Assembly (NCBI GenBank): GCA_017610175.1
Contig: JAFCCO010000006.1
Span: 10,064-74,063, forward strand
Direction: 5' to 3'
Origin: Candidatus Iainarchaeum sp.
GTDB lineage: Archaea > Iainarchaeota > Iainarchaeia > Iainarchaeales > GCA-2688035
Length of the DNA: 64,000 nt
Made by a program: the position numbers and the translations under genes
Notes under the pieces: model-generated
The model's database searches: none
The model's input: the letters and a program-made list of their open reading frames with translations, nothing else
Told to the model about the DNA's origin: nothing
In this document: piece by piece, positions 28,503 through 37,633 of the stretch
Numbering within the stretch: position 1 is the stretch's first letter
Layout: each line of letters starts with the position of its first letter

Positions 28503-29912
28503 ATGGTTTCAAGCATAGCCGAATTTGTAAAACAGGTGCGAATGGAAAAAATGGACGTCCTGGAACACACCGCACAAATTTTTGACGAGATTGAATCAAA
28601 CAGCGAGCTCAACCACTTCAATGTGGTGGCAAAGGAGCAGGCAATGCAACAGGCAAACGAGATTGCAGCCGGAATAAAAATAGGGCGTCACGAAGGCAAA
28701 CTGCTTGGGGTGCCAATAAGCGTAAAAGACTGCGTCTGTGTAAAGGGGATGGAGAGCAGGGCAGGAAGCAAAATTCTCTCAGGCTACAAGCCAACGTTCA
28801 ATGCAACAGTTATTGAAAAAGTTTTGGTTGAGGGGGCGATAATAATCGGAAAAACAGCCCAGGACGAATTTGGTTTTGGAACATTCGGCACAAACGCAAA
28901 CATAGGCTTTGAAGCCCCAAAAAACCCGCTTGACCAGGACAGGGCATGCGGCGGAAGCTCTGCGGGAAGTGCGGGCTTTACTGCATTAACAAAGTTCACC
29001 CACGCAAGCATTGCGCAGTCAACAGGAGGCAGCATAGCAAGCCCGGCATCATTCTGCGGAGTAGCCGGTTTTACACCAACATACGGCCTTGTTTCAAGAT
29101 ACGGGCTCATTGATTACGGAAACAGCCTTGACAAAATTGGGACAATTGGAAAGACTGTTGAGGACGCATCACTTTTGCTTGGCATAATTTCAGGGCACGA
29201 CCCGCAGGACAGCACATCCCTTGAGGAACGCTTTGAGGAAAAAGGCGAAGCCAAAAAAATCGGAATAGTGAAAGAGCTTTTTGAAAAAAGCGATGACAAG
29301 GTTTCAAAAGAGTGCAAAAAGGCACTTGGCAAACTTGAAGCAAAGGGTTTTGAACTAAAGGAAATTTCCCTGCCCCTGAATTCAGAGTACGGCATTGCAG
29401 CATATTACCTAATTTCAATGACTGAGGCAAGCACAAACCTTGCAAGGTTCTGCGGAATGAGATATGGCCTGCACAAGGAACTTGAGGGCCACTTTGATGA
29501 ATACTTTTCATCGGTTAGAAGCGATGGTTTTGGAACGGAAGCCAAAAGGCGTGTTTTGCTTGGGACATTTGCAAGAATGTCCGGCTTCAGGGATGCCTAC
29601 TATTTAAGGGCAATGAAAACAAGAACAAAGCTCATTAATGAATTTAAGAACGCATTCAAAGAGGTTGACGTGCTTGCGCACCCCACAATGCCTGTTATTG
29701 CCCCCAAGTTTTCCGAAATAGAAAAGCTTACGCCAATGCAAAACTATGCCATGGACTTATGCACGGTTCCGGCAAACCTTGCAGGCTTGCCGCACATTTC
29801 GGTTCGTGCGGGCGAAGTAAACAAAATGCCTGTCGGGCTGATGTTAACTGCCGGGCACTTGCGTGAAAACATACTTTCATCGATTGCACTTGAAGTGGAG
29901 GGGGCGCAGTGA
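28503..29912 (+). CDS. gatA: Amidotransferase subunit A
   Basis: PISVKD, GGSSAGS, TGGSI, PTYGLVSRYGL, NLARFCGMRYG, RRVLLGTF. Confidence 0.93.
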   Translation: MVSSIAEFVKQVRMEKMDVLEHTAQIFDEIESNSELNHFNVVAKEQAMQQANEIAAGIKIGRHEGKLLGVPISVKDCVCVKGMESRAGSKILSGYKPTFNATVIEKVLVEGAIIIGKTAQDEFGFGTFGTNANIGFEAPKNPLDQDRACGGSSAGSAGFTALTKFTHASIAQSTGGSIASPASFCGVAGFTPTYGLVSRYGLIDYGNSLDKIGTIGKTVEDASLLLGIISGHDPQDSTSLEERFEEKGEAKKIGIVKELFEKSDDKVSKECKKALGKLEAKGFELKEISLPLNSEYGIAAYYLISMTEASTNLARFCGMRYGLHKELEGHFDEYFSSVRSDGFGTEAKRRVLLGTFARMSGFRDAYYLRAMKTRTKLINEFKNAFKEVDVLAHPTMPVIAPKFSEIEKLTPMQNYAMDLCTVPANLAGLPHISVRAGEVNKMPVGLMLTAGHLRENILSSIALEVEGAQ

Positions 29913-30688
29913 AAAAAAGCAAAGAGCTCTCTGTTGCAATAAAAGCTGCGAAAGCCGCGGCAAAGGTCATAATGAAATACTACGGGCACGTTACCAACGT
30001 GCGTAAGAAAAGTGACAGTCTTGGAATAGTTACTGATGCGGACTTTGAAGCCCAGGAAGTAATCAAGAAGGAAATTCTCAGTGCATTTCCAAAAGCAAGC
30101 TTTTATGCAGAGGAAGACGAGTCACACGAGATTGACGATTCAATGTGGATTGTTGATCCAATAGACGGGACACTCAACTTTTCGCGCGGAATAAAGTGCT
30201 TTTCAGTTTCAATTGCGTTCATGCGAAAGAACAAGCTGATTGTCGGGCTAATTTTCAACCCCGCAACAGACGAAATGTTTTACGCGGAAAAGGGAAAGGG
30301 CGCATTCTTAAACGGGAAAAAAATAAAGGTCTCAAAAATTAAGGCACTTGATGAAATGATTTTTGACATCGGCCTGCCAAAAAGAAACGGGGTCAAGAAA
30401 AGAAACAGGGCCATTTTTAAAAGGCAGTTTGGCAAACTTGGCCACTTCAGGCACTTTGGCTCTGCGGCACTGCAGCTTGTATTCATCGCGGCAGGCTGGA
30501 TTGACGCATTTACTGAAACAGGGCTCTTTGCCTGGGATTTGGCTGCAGGGGTGCTTATTCTGCAGGAAGCGGGCGGAAAGGTTACCGATGAACGCGGGGC
30601 AAAAATTGACATATTTGAGCGCGGAATAACGGTTGCAAGCAACAATATGGCTCACAAAGAAATCCTAAGGGGGCTTAGAGGAGTATGA
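29909..30688 (+). CDS. suhB: Inositol monophosphatase family protein
   Basis: VTDAD, AEE, WIVDPIDGT.NF, GSAAL, WDLAAG. Confidence 0.88.
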   Translation: MKKSKELSVAIKAAKAAAKVIMKYYGHVTNVRKKSDSLGIVTDADFEAQEVIKKEILSAFPKASFYAEEDESHEIDDSMWIVDPIDGTLNFSRGIKCFSVSIAFMRKNKLIVGLIFNPATDEMFYAEKGKGAFLNGKKIKVSKIKALDEMIFDIGLPKRNGVKKRNRAIFKRQFGKLGHFRHFGSAALQLVFIAAGWIDAFTETGLFAWDLAAGVLILQEAGGKVTDERGAKIDIFERGITVASNNMAHKEILRGLRGV

Positions 30689-32103
30689 GTGAAGAGAACA
30701 AAGGTCCTGGCAAAACAATAATCGGGCTTGAGTGCCATGTGCAGCTTGACACCAAAAGCAAACTCTTCTGCGGCTGCCCAACAACCGCGGAGGAGCCAAA
30801 CAGCGCATGCTGTGAAATTTGCCTGGGTTTTCCCGGAAGCAAGCCGGTGCTTAACAGAAAGGCACTGGATTATGCGCTGCGTGTTGCGCTTGCACTGAAT
30901 TGTGAAATAAACCGCGAGTTTTTCTTCAGCAGAAAAACATATTTCTATCCCGACATGTCAAAGAACTTTCAGATAACTCAGTATGAAATACCGGTGGGCA
31001 AGGGCGGGCACATTATACTTTCATCCGGCAAAAAAATACGCATAGACCGTGTCCACATTGAAGAAGATCCGGCTGCGCTTGTTCACAGTGAGGGGCTTGA
31101 TGCATCAAGGTACACAAAAGTCGATTATAACCGAAGTGGGATACCTTTGATTGAGGTTGTAACAGCACCCGACCTTTCAAGTCCGCAGGAAGCGCGAGAC
31201 TTCCTTGACCAGCTTACAACAGTGCTTCACTACCTTGGGGTGTTTGATTTGCAGAACGGAACCCTTAAGGTAGACAGCAATCTTTCAATCGAGGGTAATG
31301 AAAGGGCTGAAGTTAAGAACATTACAGGAAAAAGGTCTGTTGAAAAGGCCCTTGCTTATGAGGAAGTGCGGCAAAAGGGTTTGGTCAAAAAGGGAGTGCA
31401 TATGAAGCGCGAAACCCGTGCTTTCAACGAGCAGACATCAACCACAAGGTCAATGCGCTCGAAGGAAAGTGAAGCAGATTACGGTTACATTTTTGACCCT
31501 GATCTCCCCACATTTGAACTGAGCGATTCGCACCTGGAGGAAATAAGGGGAAACCTTCCGGAATTGCATGGTATAAAAGCGGAGCGTTTCATGAAGCAGT
31601 ATGCAATTGATGAATACACCGCACAGGTGCTTTCAGCAAACCCTGTTTTGGGGGACTTGTTTGAGGATGTTTCCAAAAAGGTTGACGCAAGATTTGCGGC
31701 AAAATTTTTGAGCCGAGAGCTTCTTGCAATAATCAACTACAACAACCTTTCTCTCGCCACTGCCGGACTTGACCCTGCTGAAATTTCAGCTCTTCTTGAA
31801 ATGCTTTTGAAGGGCGAGGTCAGCGAAAGAAATGCAAAGCAGGCGCTAATAAAGTACGCGCTTGAGAAAATACCTCCTGCGAAGTATATTGAGGAGCAGG
31901 GCCTTAAGAAGGATCTTGATACAGATCAGATTGAGGATGCAGTTGATGTGGTTTTGAAGGAGCAGGAAAAGGCTGTTGCCGACTTTAAGGCAGGGGGGCA
32001 AAAGGCCCTTAATTTCCTGGTTGGGCAGGTAATGCGAAAGACCAAGGGGAAGGTTGAAGCCCGCGAAATTCAAAGCATTCTTGAAAAAAAGCTGGGTGCG
32101 TGA
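30685..32103 (+). CDS. gatB: Amidotransferase subunit B
   Basis: IGLECHVQL, RKTYFYPD, HIEED, DYNRSGIPLIE, NFLVGQVM. Confidence 0.96.
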   Translation: MSEENKGPGKTIIGLECHVQLDTKSKLFCGCPTTAEEPNSACCEICLGFPGSKPVLNRKALDYALRVALALNCEINREFFFSRKTYFYPDMSKNFQITQYEIPVGKGGHIILSSGKKIRIDRVHIEEDPAALVHSEGLDASRYTKVDYNRSGIPLIEVVTAPDLSSPQEARDFLDQLTTVLHYLGVFDLQNGTLKVDSNLSIEGNERAEVKNITGKRSVEKALAYEEVRQKGLVKKGVHMKRETRAFNEQTSTTRSMRSKESEADYGYIFDPDLPTFELSDSHLEEIRGNLPELHGIKAERFMKQYAIDEYTAQVLSANPVLGDLFEDVSKKVDARFAAKFLSRELLAIINYNNLSLATAGLDPAEISALLEMLLKGEVSERNAKQALIKYALEKIPPAKYIEEQGLKKDLDTDQIEDAVDVVLKEQEKAVADFKAGGQKALNFLVGQVMRKTKGKVEAREIQSILEKKLGA

Positions 32104-32104
32104 A

Positions 32105-32500
32105 ATGAAGGAGCTTTCGATAAAAACTAAGTCAAGGGACGAATTGGTGGACATTACTTACTCTGTTCAGAAAACGGTTGGTGAAGAAAAAATTAATGGG
32201 GGGCTTTGCATAATTTACTGCCCCCACTCAACGGCTGCTGTAACCATTAATGAAAACGCTGACCCAAGCGTTAAGGACGACATACTGAAATTTTTGAGAA
32301 GAATTGTTCCCGCGGATGCGGGCTATGCCCATGCAGAGGGGAATTCGGACGCGCACATTAAGGCCTCGCTTATGGGCAACAGCCGAATTGTTCCAATTTC
32401 AAATGGAAAGCTTGTTTTGGGAACATGGGAAGGGATTTTTTTCTGTGAATTTGACGGGCCCAGAAGCAGAAAGCTTCTTGTGTCGGTTTTGGGCAAGTAA
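32105..32500 (+). CDS. yjbQ: YjbQ/UPF0047 family protein
   Basis: PHSTAAVTINENADP, HAEGNSDAHIK, LGTWEGIFFCEFDGPR. Confidence 0.9.
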   Translation: MKELSIKTKSRDELVDITYSVQKTVGEEKINGGLCIIYCPHSTAAVTINENADPSVKDDILKFLRRIVPADAGYAHAEGNSDAHIKASLMGNSRIVPISNGKLVLGTWEGIFFCEFDGPRSRKLLVSVLGK

Positions 32501-32727
32501 TTGCCTTAATTCGATGACCGTACTAGTTTTGCGATTGTACCAAAAATCATTTATAAATGGCAAACAGCTATTAGTACATAGGAGTTGATTCAGTTCCTAT
32601 ATGATTACATCCCCTGGTATGGACTGCGAGAAAGAGTACTTGTTTCACCTCACGTTTTTTTTCCTCGCTCCCTTCCTATTTTTCTTATTTTTGGTCCAAA
32701 ATAGATTACTTTTATGGAGGTTGTTGA

Positions 32728-33030
32728 ATGAGCTTATGGGAAATTCTTAGACCGGTTACCAATATTGCGGTGGAATTCAATTTTGCGGCAGAATCGCTTG
32801 CAATGATTTTATCAATTGCAATCCTTGCGATTTCCTTGCTTGCATACCGCAAAGCAAAAACCAGGAGGCTTTTGCTTGTAACGGCTGCATTTTTCTTCTT
32901 TGCATTGAAGTGGGTTCTGAGAATAGCTGATCAGTTCATTAGTCCAGGATTTTTCTTTAGCAGGGCTTCTGACGCGATTGCAGACCTTTTGATTCTTGCG
33001 ATCCTTTTCTATGCAATATTCAAAAAGTAG
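32728..33030 (+). CDS. Small 3-TM membrane protein paired with a wHTH regulator
   Basis: Hydrophobic helices, LLAYRK...RLLLV.AAF pattern; GGAGG RBS. Confidence 0.7.
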   Translation: MSLWEILRPVTNIAVEFNFAAESLAMILSIAILAISLLAYRKAKTRRLLLVTAAFFFFALKWVLRIADQFISPGFFFSRASDAIADLLILAILFYAIFKK

Positions 33031-33040
33031 GTGCTTTTAG

Positions 33041-33577
33041 TTGGTTGATTTGGATGACGCGCTGGCCCTTGGTGCAAGGGAAAAGATTTACAGAACAATA
33101 AGCAAAAACCCTGGACTCCATTTCCGGGAGCTTCAGAGAAGAACGGATCTTGCCACCGGCAGTCTCCAATACCATCTTGAATATCTTACAAAAAAGCATT
33201 TTGTGAAAATCGCAAAACAGGGAAAGTTTGTTCGCTACTACAACACAAGGGGGGAGCAGTTTGGAGAAGACGAAACACTGATGAACCTGCTTCGCCAGGA
33301 GAGCCTCAGAAAAATAGTGCTTTTCCTTTTCACTAAAAAGAGCGCAACCAATCCAACAATTGCCGCGGCAATTGGCTTAAGCCCAAGTACAATTTCTTGG
33401 CACTTAAATAAGCTTGTTTCAAACGATGTTGTCAGTGTGCGAAAGAGGCTTAGAAAAAAATACTTTTTCTTAACTAATCCTGAAAAAACCAGGTTAATGC
33501 TAACTCAGCACAAAACAAGTTTCCTTGATTCCCTTGTAGACCACTTTGTTGAGATTTGGGAAGAAATGGAAGCCTGA
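33041..33577 (+). CDS. Tandem winged-HTH transcriptional regulator (COG3398-like)
   Basis: NPGLHFRELQR...LQYHL and LSPSTISWHL. Confidence 0.85.
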   Translation: MVDLDDALALGAREKIYRTISKNPGLHFRELQRRTDLATGSLQYHLEYLTKKHFVKIAKQGKFVRYYNTRGEQFGEDETLMNLLRQESLRKIVLFLFTKKSATNPTIAAAIGLSPSTISWHLNKLVSNDVVSVRKRLRKKYFFLTNPEKTRLMLTQHKTSFLDSLVDHFVEIWEEMEA

Positions 33578-33578
33578 T

Positions 33579-33884
33579 TCAAAAGAATTCAAATCCAAAC
33601 ACAAACCCAACAAACCCGAAGAAAACATCGCTTAGTTTATTTAATGGGTCTTCCTTGAATTGACTGCTTCTCTGGCTAACGAGAACCATTTCAATGAATT
33701 CCCATACGACAATTAGTGCAATTGCTATTTCAAAATCCTTGATAAATGCCCCAACCACAAGGCCCCCAATAAAGTGGGTCAGCATGTCAACCCTTGGAAA
33801 CCTGTAATACCAGCCCTTGGTGTGTGCCACGCTGTGAACTATGATAAAAAGCGCAGCCAAAGCAACTTTCAGTTCTAAAGCCAT
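33579..33884 (-). CDS. Small membrane protein
   Basis: D..THF.GG, WEF.E, SD.F.G in hydrophobic context. Confidence 0.7.
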   Translation of the reverse strand: MALELKVALAALFIIVHSVAHTKGWYYRFPRVDMLTHFIGGLVVGAFIKDFEIAIALIVVWEFIEMVLVSQRSSQFKEDPLNKLSDVFFGFVGFVFGFEFF

Positions 33885-33923
33885 AAATAATTAGTGATTT
33901 GAGTCTTTTTTAAGTTAACGGTA

Positions 33924-33999
33924 TGGGAGTGCCCGGATTCGAACCGGAGACCTCTCGGTTATCAGCCGAGTGCTCTAGACCAGACTAAGCTACACTCCC
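33924..33999 (-). tRNA. tRNA-Ile(GAT)
   Basis: GGGAGTG...CTCGG-CTGATAA-CCGAG...GGTTCGAATCC. Confidence 0.95.
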
Positions 34000-34084
34000 G
34001 TAGATAAAAACAGAGTAAATAAACGGTTTTAAAGCTATTGAATTAATAACTTTCTATAGGCTAAACTTTTTAAATTCAAGCAAT

Positions 34085-34157
34085 AGCCCCGTCGTCTAGT
34101 GGCCAAGGATTCAGGCCTTTGGAGCCTGGGACGCGAGTTCGAATCTCGCCGGGGCTA
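34085..34157 (+). tRNA. tRNA-Gln(TTG)
   Basis: AGCCCCG...CAGGC-CTTTGGA-GCCTG...GTTCGAATC; A1-U72 pair. Confidence 0.95.
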
Positions 34158-34159
34158 TT

Positions 34160-34729
34160 ATGCCTATTAAAGGATTGAGAAAACGGCTGAAATCATTCAG
34201 AAACAGGGCAAAAGCCTTTGCTGCCGATGTGGAAAAGGGCAAGGGGGCAAAGATGGTTTTGCGCCAGGGCAAATCCATGGAGGTTGGTTTGGGAAAGCAC
34301 AAAAGGCTTGTTTTGAAAAGAAAGCTGGGCCACATGCGCCGCGCAAAAATTGACCAATCCAGATTCATAAAGTTCCTTGCAGCAAACGGGATTAAGCCAA
34401 AACACTATTCATTTGTAAGAATAAATTCCAATTCAAAGCTTGGGGTCCAGGAATATTTCCACCGCCCCTCGATTGCATCCCTTGTTGATTACTTGGAGCA
34501 CAAGGCAGCAAAAAGCACAAGATATTTTAAGGGAAAAGAAGATGCTGTTTTGTGCAAGCAATTTGCAAACCAGCACAAGAACGTTACGGTTGAAAGTCTT
34601 GAGCGGGCCAGCGATGAAATATTAAAGCATCTGCGGGAGGCAGACGTACTTTTTCAGATTCCATCCAACATAATTGTGGTTGGCACAGCAAGGGATGGAA
34701 AGCTAAGGTTTGCAATGGTTGATGTTTAA
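34160..34729 (+). CDS. Basic hypothetical protein with partial protein-kinase-like fold
   Basis: LVLK, VQEYF, SNIIV, FAMVD; K/R-rich N-terminus. Confidence 0.55.
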   Translation: MPIKGLRKRLKSFRNRAKAFAADVEKGKGAKMVLRQGKSMEVGLGKHKRLVLKRKLGHMRRAKIDQSRFIKFLAANGIKPKHYSFVRINSNSKLGVQEYFHRPSIASLVDYLEHKAAKSTRYFKGKEDAVLCKQFANQHKNVTVESLERASDEILKHLREADVLFQIPSNIIVVGTARDGKLRFAMVDV

Positions 34730-34774
34730 ACCGCAAACGAAAGTTTTTTTTACTGCAAGCACATTATTGCATTA

Positions 34775-35365
34775 ATGACCCCCAAACTTTCAGGCATTGT
34801 GATTCGCGGTGAACTTGCAAAGCCAAGCCTCCTGCTTTTTGTAGTTACTTTCTTTCCCCCGTTCCTTCTGGAAATTCCTTTTGGAAAGTACAATCTCTTC
34901 ACGCAATTCTGGACCTTTCCCGCGATTCCGTTCCACGAAATTGGGCATGTGCTAATGGGCTGGTTTTTTTCACCGCTTCTTGTCGGGATTGTTCCGCAGC
35001 TTTGGCTTGATGTTGCAACCTATTTGGAGGGATATCTTTTCAATGGAATTTCAGGGCTTGTGCTTTTGTTCTTTTCGCTTTCACTGCTTTCCAAAATAGA
35101 CGAAGGCAAACTTGCCAAAAAATTCAGCAAACACGCGTATTCATTCATGTTTATTGCATACCTCAATCTTTTCATGATGCCCTACACCGTAACCCATTTG
35201 CGGCATGTAAGTGGTCCAGGGCTTGATTTTACCACTGCGGCAGGTTTGCTTGCAATTCCGGAAGCAGAGGTTGTTTTTTCAATGTGGATTGTGAACTGGA
35301 TAACGCTTGCCCTTGCGCTTGTAGTGAATGCACTGCATATTTTGAGGTTTTCAAGGGAAGGGTAA
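34775..35365 (+). CDS. Membrane protein with HExxH motif (M50-like)
   Basis: PFHEIGH within a hydrophobic segment; multiple TMs. Confidence 0.6.
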   Translation: MTPKLSGIVIRGELAKPSLLLFVVTFFPPFLLEIPFGKYNLFTQFWTFPAIPFHEIGHVLMGWFFSPLLVGIVPQLWLDVATYLEGYLFNGISGLVLLFFSLSLLSKIDEGKLAKKFSKHAYSFMFIAYLNLFMMPYTVTHLRHVSGPGLDFTTAAGLLAIPEAEVVFSMWIVNWITLALALVVNALHILRFSREG

Positions 35366-35426
35366 TGCTTTAATACCACAAAGGACTAAATTCTGAGGAA
35401 GAGTATTATTTAATGGGGAACTAAAA

Positions 35427-36140
35427 ATGCCACCAAAACCAGTGCCAAAACCAAATCCTGCCAAAGCAGCGCCTAAAAAGGCAGTTAAAAGCAAGGATGC
35501 AAGCATAATTGCAATAATTCAGGAAATGGTGCAAAAGGGCGAAAGCGAAGAAATGATTGTCAGCACTTTGCATGATTTGGGAATTGATCCAAAAAAGGCA
35601 AAGCGGCTTCTGCTTTTGGGCCAGGCAGACACTTTTGCGTTACTGCGCGGTGAAATAAGCAAAATTGTTCAGGAAAATGTTGAGCTTGAAAAGCCAAAAC
35701 TTGCCGAATACATTCGCGTTGAGGCAAAGAAGGCAGAGAATGAAATGACCAAAAAGGTTGAACAGCGTGCGCTCAATGCATTCAAGGAAGACCAGGCGTT
35801 TATTGAAAACCAGGCCACAATGTTTCAGTCCAGAATAAATCAGGGCGTAAAGAACATAATGCAACTTAATGAGGAAACAAAGAAGCACATTGGAGAGCTT
35901 TCCGGAAGGCTTTCAAATATTGAGCGCGACGTGTGGTCGCTGAAGCACAGGGTTTTTGGAAGCAAGCTTACAAAGGGAGCGAGCGTAATTTTGATTGGCC
36001 TGCAAATTGGTTTGGTGCTTGCAAGCGGTTATCTTTTGCTGACTTCTTTTGCGGGAATTTCAACCCAGGTAATAATTCTTGGAGCAATTATTGGCTCCAT
36101 TATTGCTGCGATGATTTTCATTGTTGCACTTAGTGGATGA
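35427..36140 (+). CDS. Coiled-coil protein with two C-terminal TM helices
   Basis: P/K-rich N-terminus, heptads, hydrophobic C-terminus. Confidence 0.7.
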   Translation: MPPKPVPKPNPAKAAPKKAVKSKDASIIAIIQEMVQKGESEEMIVSTLHDLGIDPKKAKRLLLLGQADTFALLRGEISKIVQENVELEKPKLAEYIRVEAKKAENEMTKKVEQRALNAFKEDQAFIENQATMFQSRINQGVKNIMQLNEETKKHIGELSGRLSNIERDVWSLKHRVFGSKLTKGASVILIGLQIGLVLASGYLLLTSFAGISTQVIILGAIIGSIIAAMIFIVALSG

Positions 36141-36152
36141 GGTTGATTGAAA

Positions 36153-36350
36153 ATGGGCCTGCTTGACAGATTCAGAAAAAAGAAAGAGCCTGAGGAAAAA
36201 GAGGAAGAGCCGCAGCCTGCGGCTTTGGGAAAATATGATGAGCCCTGTGCAATGTGCGGCAAGCTTGCCACTGAAAAAAAGTGGATGGGTCAGTACTGGC
36301 ACAAGAAATGCGTGCGAAAAGGAAGAAAAATGGCCAAGGGAATGCTTTAA
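36153..36350 (+). CDS. Small zinc-finger protein (CxxC...HxxC)
   Basis: MGLLDRF start; CAMC and WHKKC. Confidence 0.65.
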   Translation: MGLLDRFRKKKEPEEKEEEPQPAALGKYDEPCAMCGKLATEKKWMGQYWHKKCVRKGRKMAKGML

Positions 36351-37633
36351 GGCCAGGCAAGAACCAATTGGAAATCCATTACATTTGTTTCAGTATAGCC
36401 TGTAACTATTTCCCCATTAAGCTTTCTGAAAAATCCGTTTGAATCGTTTCTTGCAAGAAACTTCTTCACGTCCATTCTTTTGCTTTTTGCCTCTTTTAAT
36501 GTTGCAGAAGTTGCAATTGCTCCTGCAGCCCTGCTATCTCCGTCTATTCCATCTGAGCCGATTGAAGCAAACACTGCATTTTTCATACGGCTTAAGTCCG
36601 CAACCGAACCAAGAACCATTTCCTGGTTCCTGCCGCCCTTTCCCCGCTCTCTAAGCGTAACGGTTGTTTCCCCGCCTGCAATCAGTGCAATCGGTTTCCT
36701 GTGCTTGTGTGCAAGAACCTCGGCTTTTCGCACCAGAAACCTTCCAACATGGCTTGCTTCACCCTCAAGCTCGCTGGATTGCACAACGGCTTTGAATCCA
36801 AGGGAGCGGGCTTTCTTTTGCATTGCATTAAGCGAAACCATGTTGTCAAGAACGATTTTGTTTTCGCAACCCCGCGTTCTCTTAGGGGTTTCGTTCTTTG
36901 CAGAACGCAAGTGTTTCAAAACAGGTTTTGGAATTTTTTCCAACAACCTGTGCCTTTTTAGAACATTCCTTGCAACCCTCAAAGTGCTTTTGTCCGCACT
37001 CGTTGCCCCTGACGCAATCACACTTAAATCGTTTCCAACCACATCTGAAACAATTAGTGCGTGAAGCTTTGCTGGTTCTGCCTTTTCAGCAAGTTTTCCG
37101 CCCTTAACCTGGCTTAAGTGCTTTCTCACTGCATTGATTTCGCCAATAGTTGCCTTTGACCTAATCAGCAGGCTGGTTGTTTTCTTAAGGTCTGAAAGCG
37201 TTATTCCCTCAGCGGGGAGCGTAAGCAGTGCGGAGCCGCCTCCGCTTACAAGCGCAATCACCAAATCTTTTCTTGTTCCCTTTTCGCAGATTGCAGCAAT
37301 TTCCTTTGCGGCCCTTACGTTTGCCGTGCTTGGGATGGGGTGCGTTCCCTTAAAGCCCTTGATTCTCTTCGTTTTTGCCTTTCTTGTTGAAACAACTGCC
37401 CCTTTGCTTATTTTTGCACCAAGCCTTTTTTCAAGCTCCTCCGCCATTAGTGCGGAGGCCTTTCCATAACCAATCACATAAATGTTGTTGAATTTTCCAA
37501 GCGCAGGCAGTTTTGCCTTTTTTACGGCTGCTGCAACATTTGCTGCTTCAAGCCCTGCCTCAATTATTTGCAGTGCCTTTCTTTTTTCTGCAGATAATTT
37601 TCCTGAAACAAGTTTTTTCCTGTGTTTTATCAT
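36347..37633 (-). CDS. Glycerate kinase type 2 (MOFRL family)
   Basis: GYGKAS, HPIP, SGGGSAL, VRKHLS.VKGG, SDVVG, GGETTV, GGRNQE, TNVMD. Confidence 0.93.
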   Translation of the reverse strand: MIKHRKKLVSGKLSAEKRKALQIIEAGLEAANVAAAVKKAKLPALGKFNNIYVIGYGKASALMAEELEKRLGAKISKGAVVSTRKAKTKRIKGFKGTHPIPSTANVRAAKEIAAICEKGTRKDLVIALVSGGGSALLTLPAEGITLSDLKKTTSLLIRSKATIGEINAVRKHLSQVKGGKLAEKAEPAKLHALIVSDVVGNDLSVIASGATSADKSTLRVARNVLKRHRLLEKIPKPVLKHLRSAKNETPKRTRGCENKIVLDNMVSLNAMQKKARSLGFKAVVQSSELEGEASHVGRFLVRKAEVLAHKHRKPIALIAGGETTVTLRERGKGGRNQEMVLGSVADLSRMKNAVFASIGSDGIDGDSRAAGAIATSATLKEAKSKRMDVKKFLARNDSNGFFRKLNGEIVTGYTETNVMDFQLVLAWP

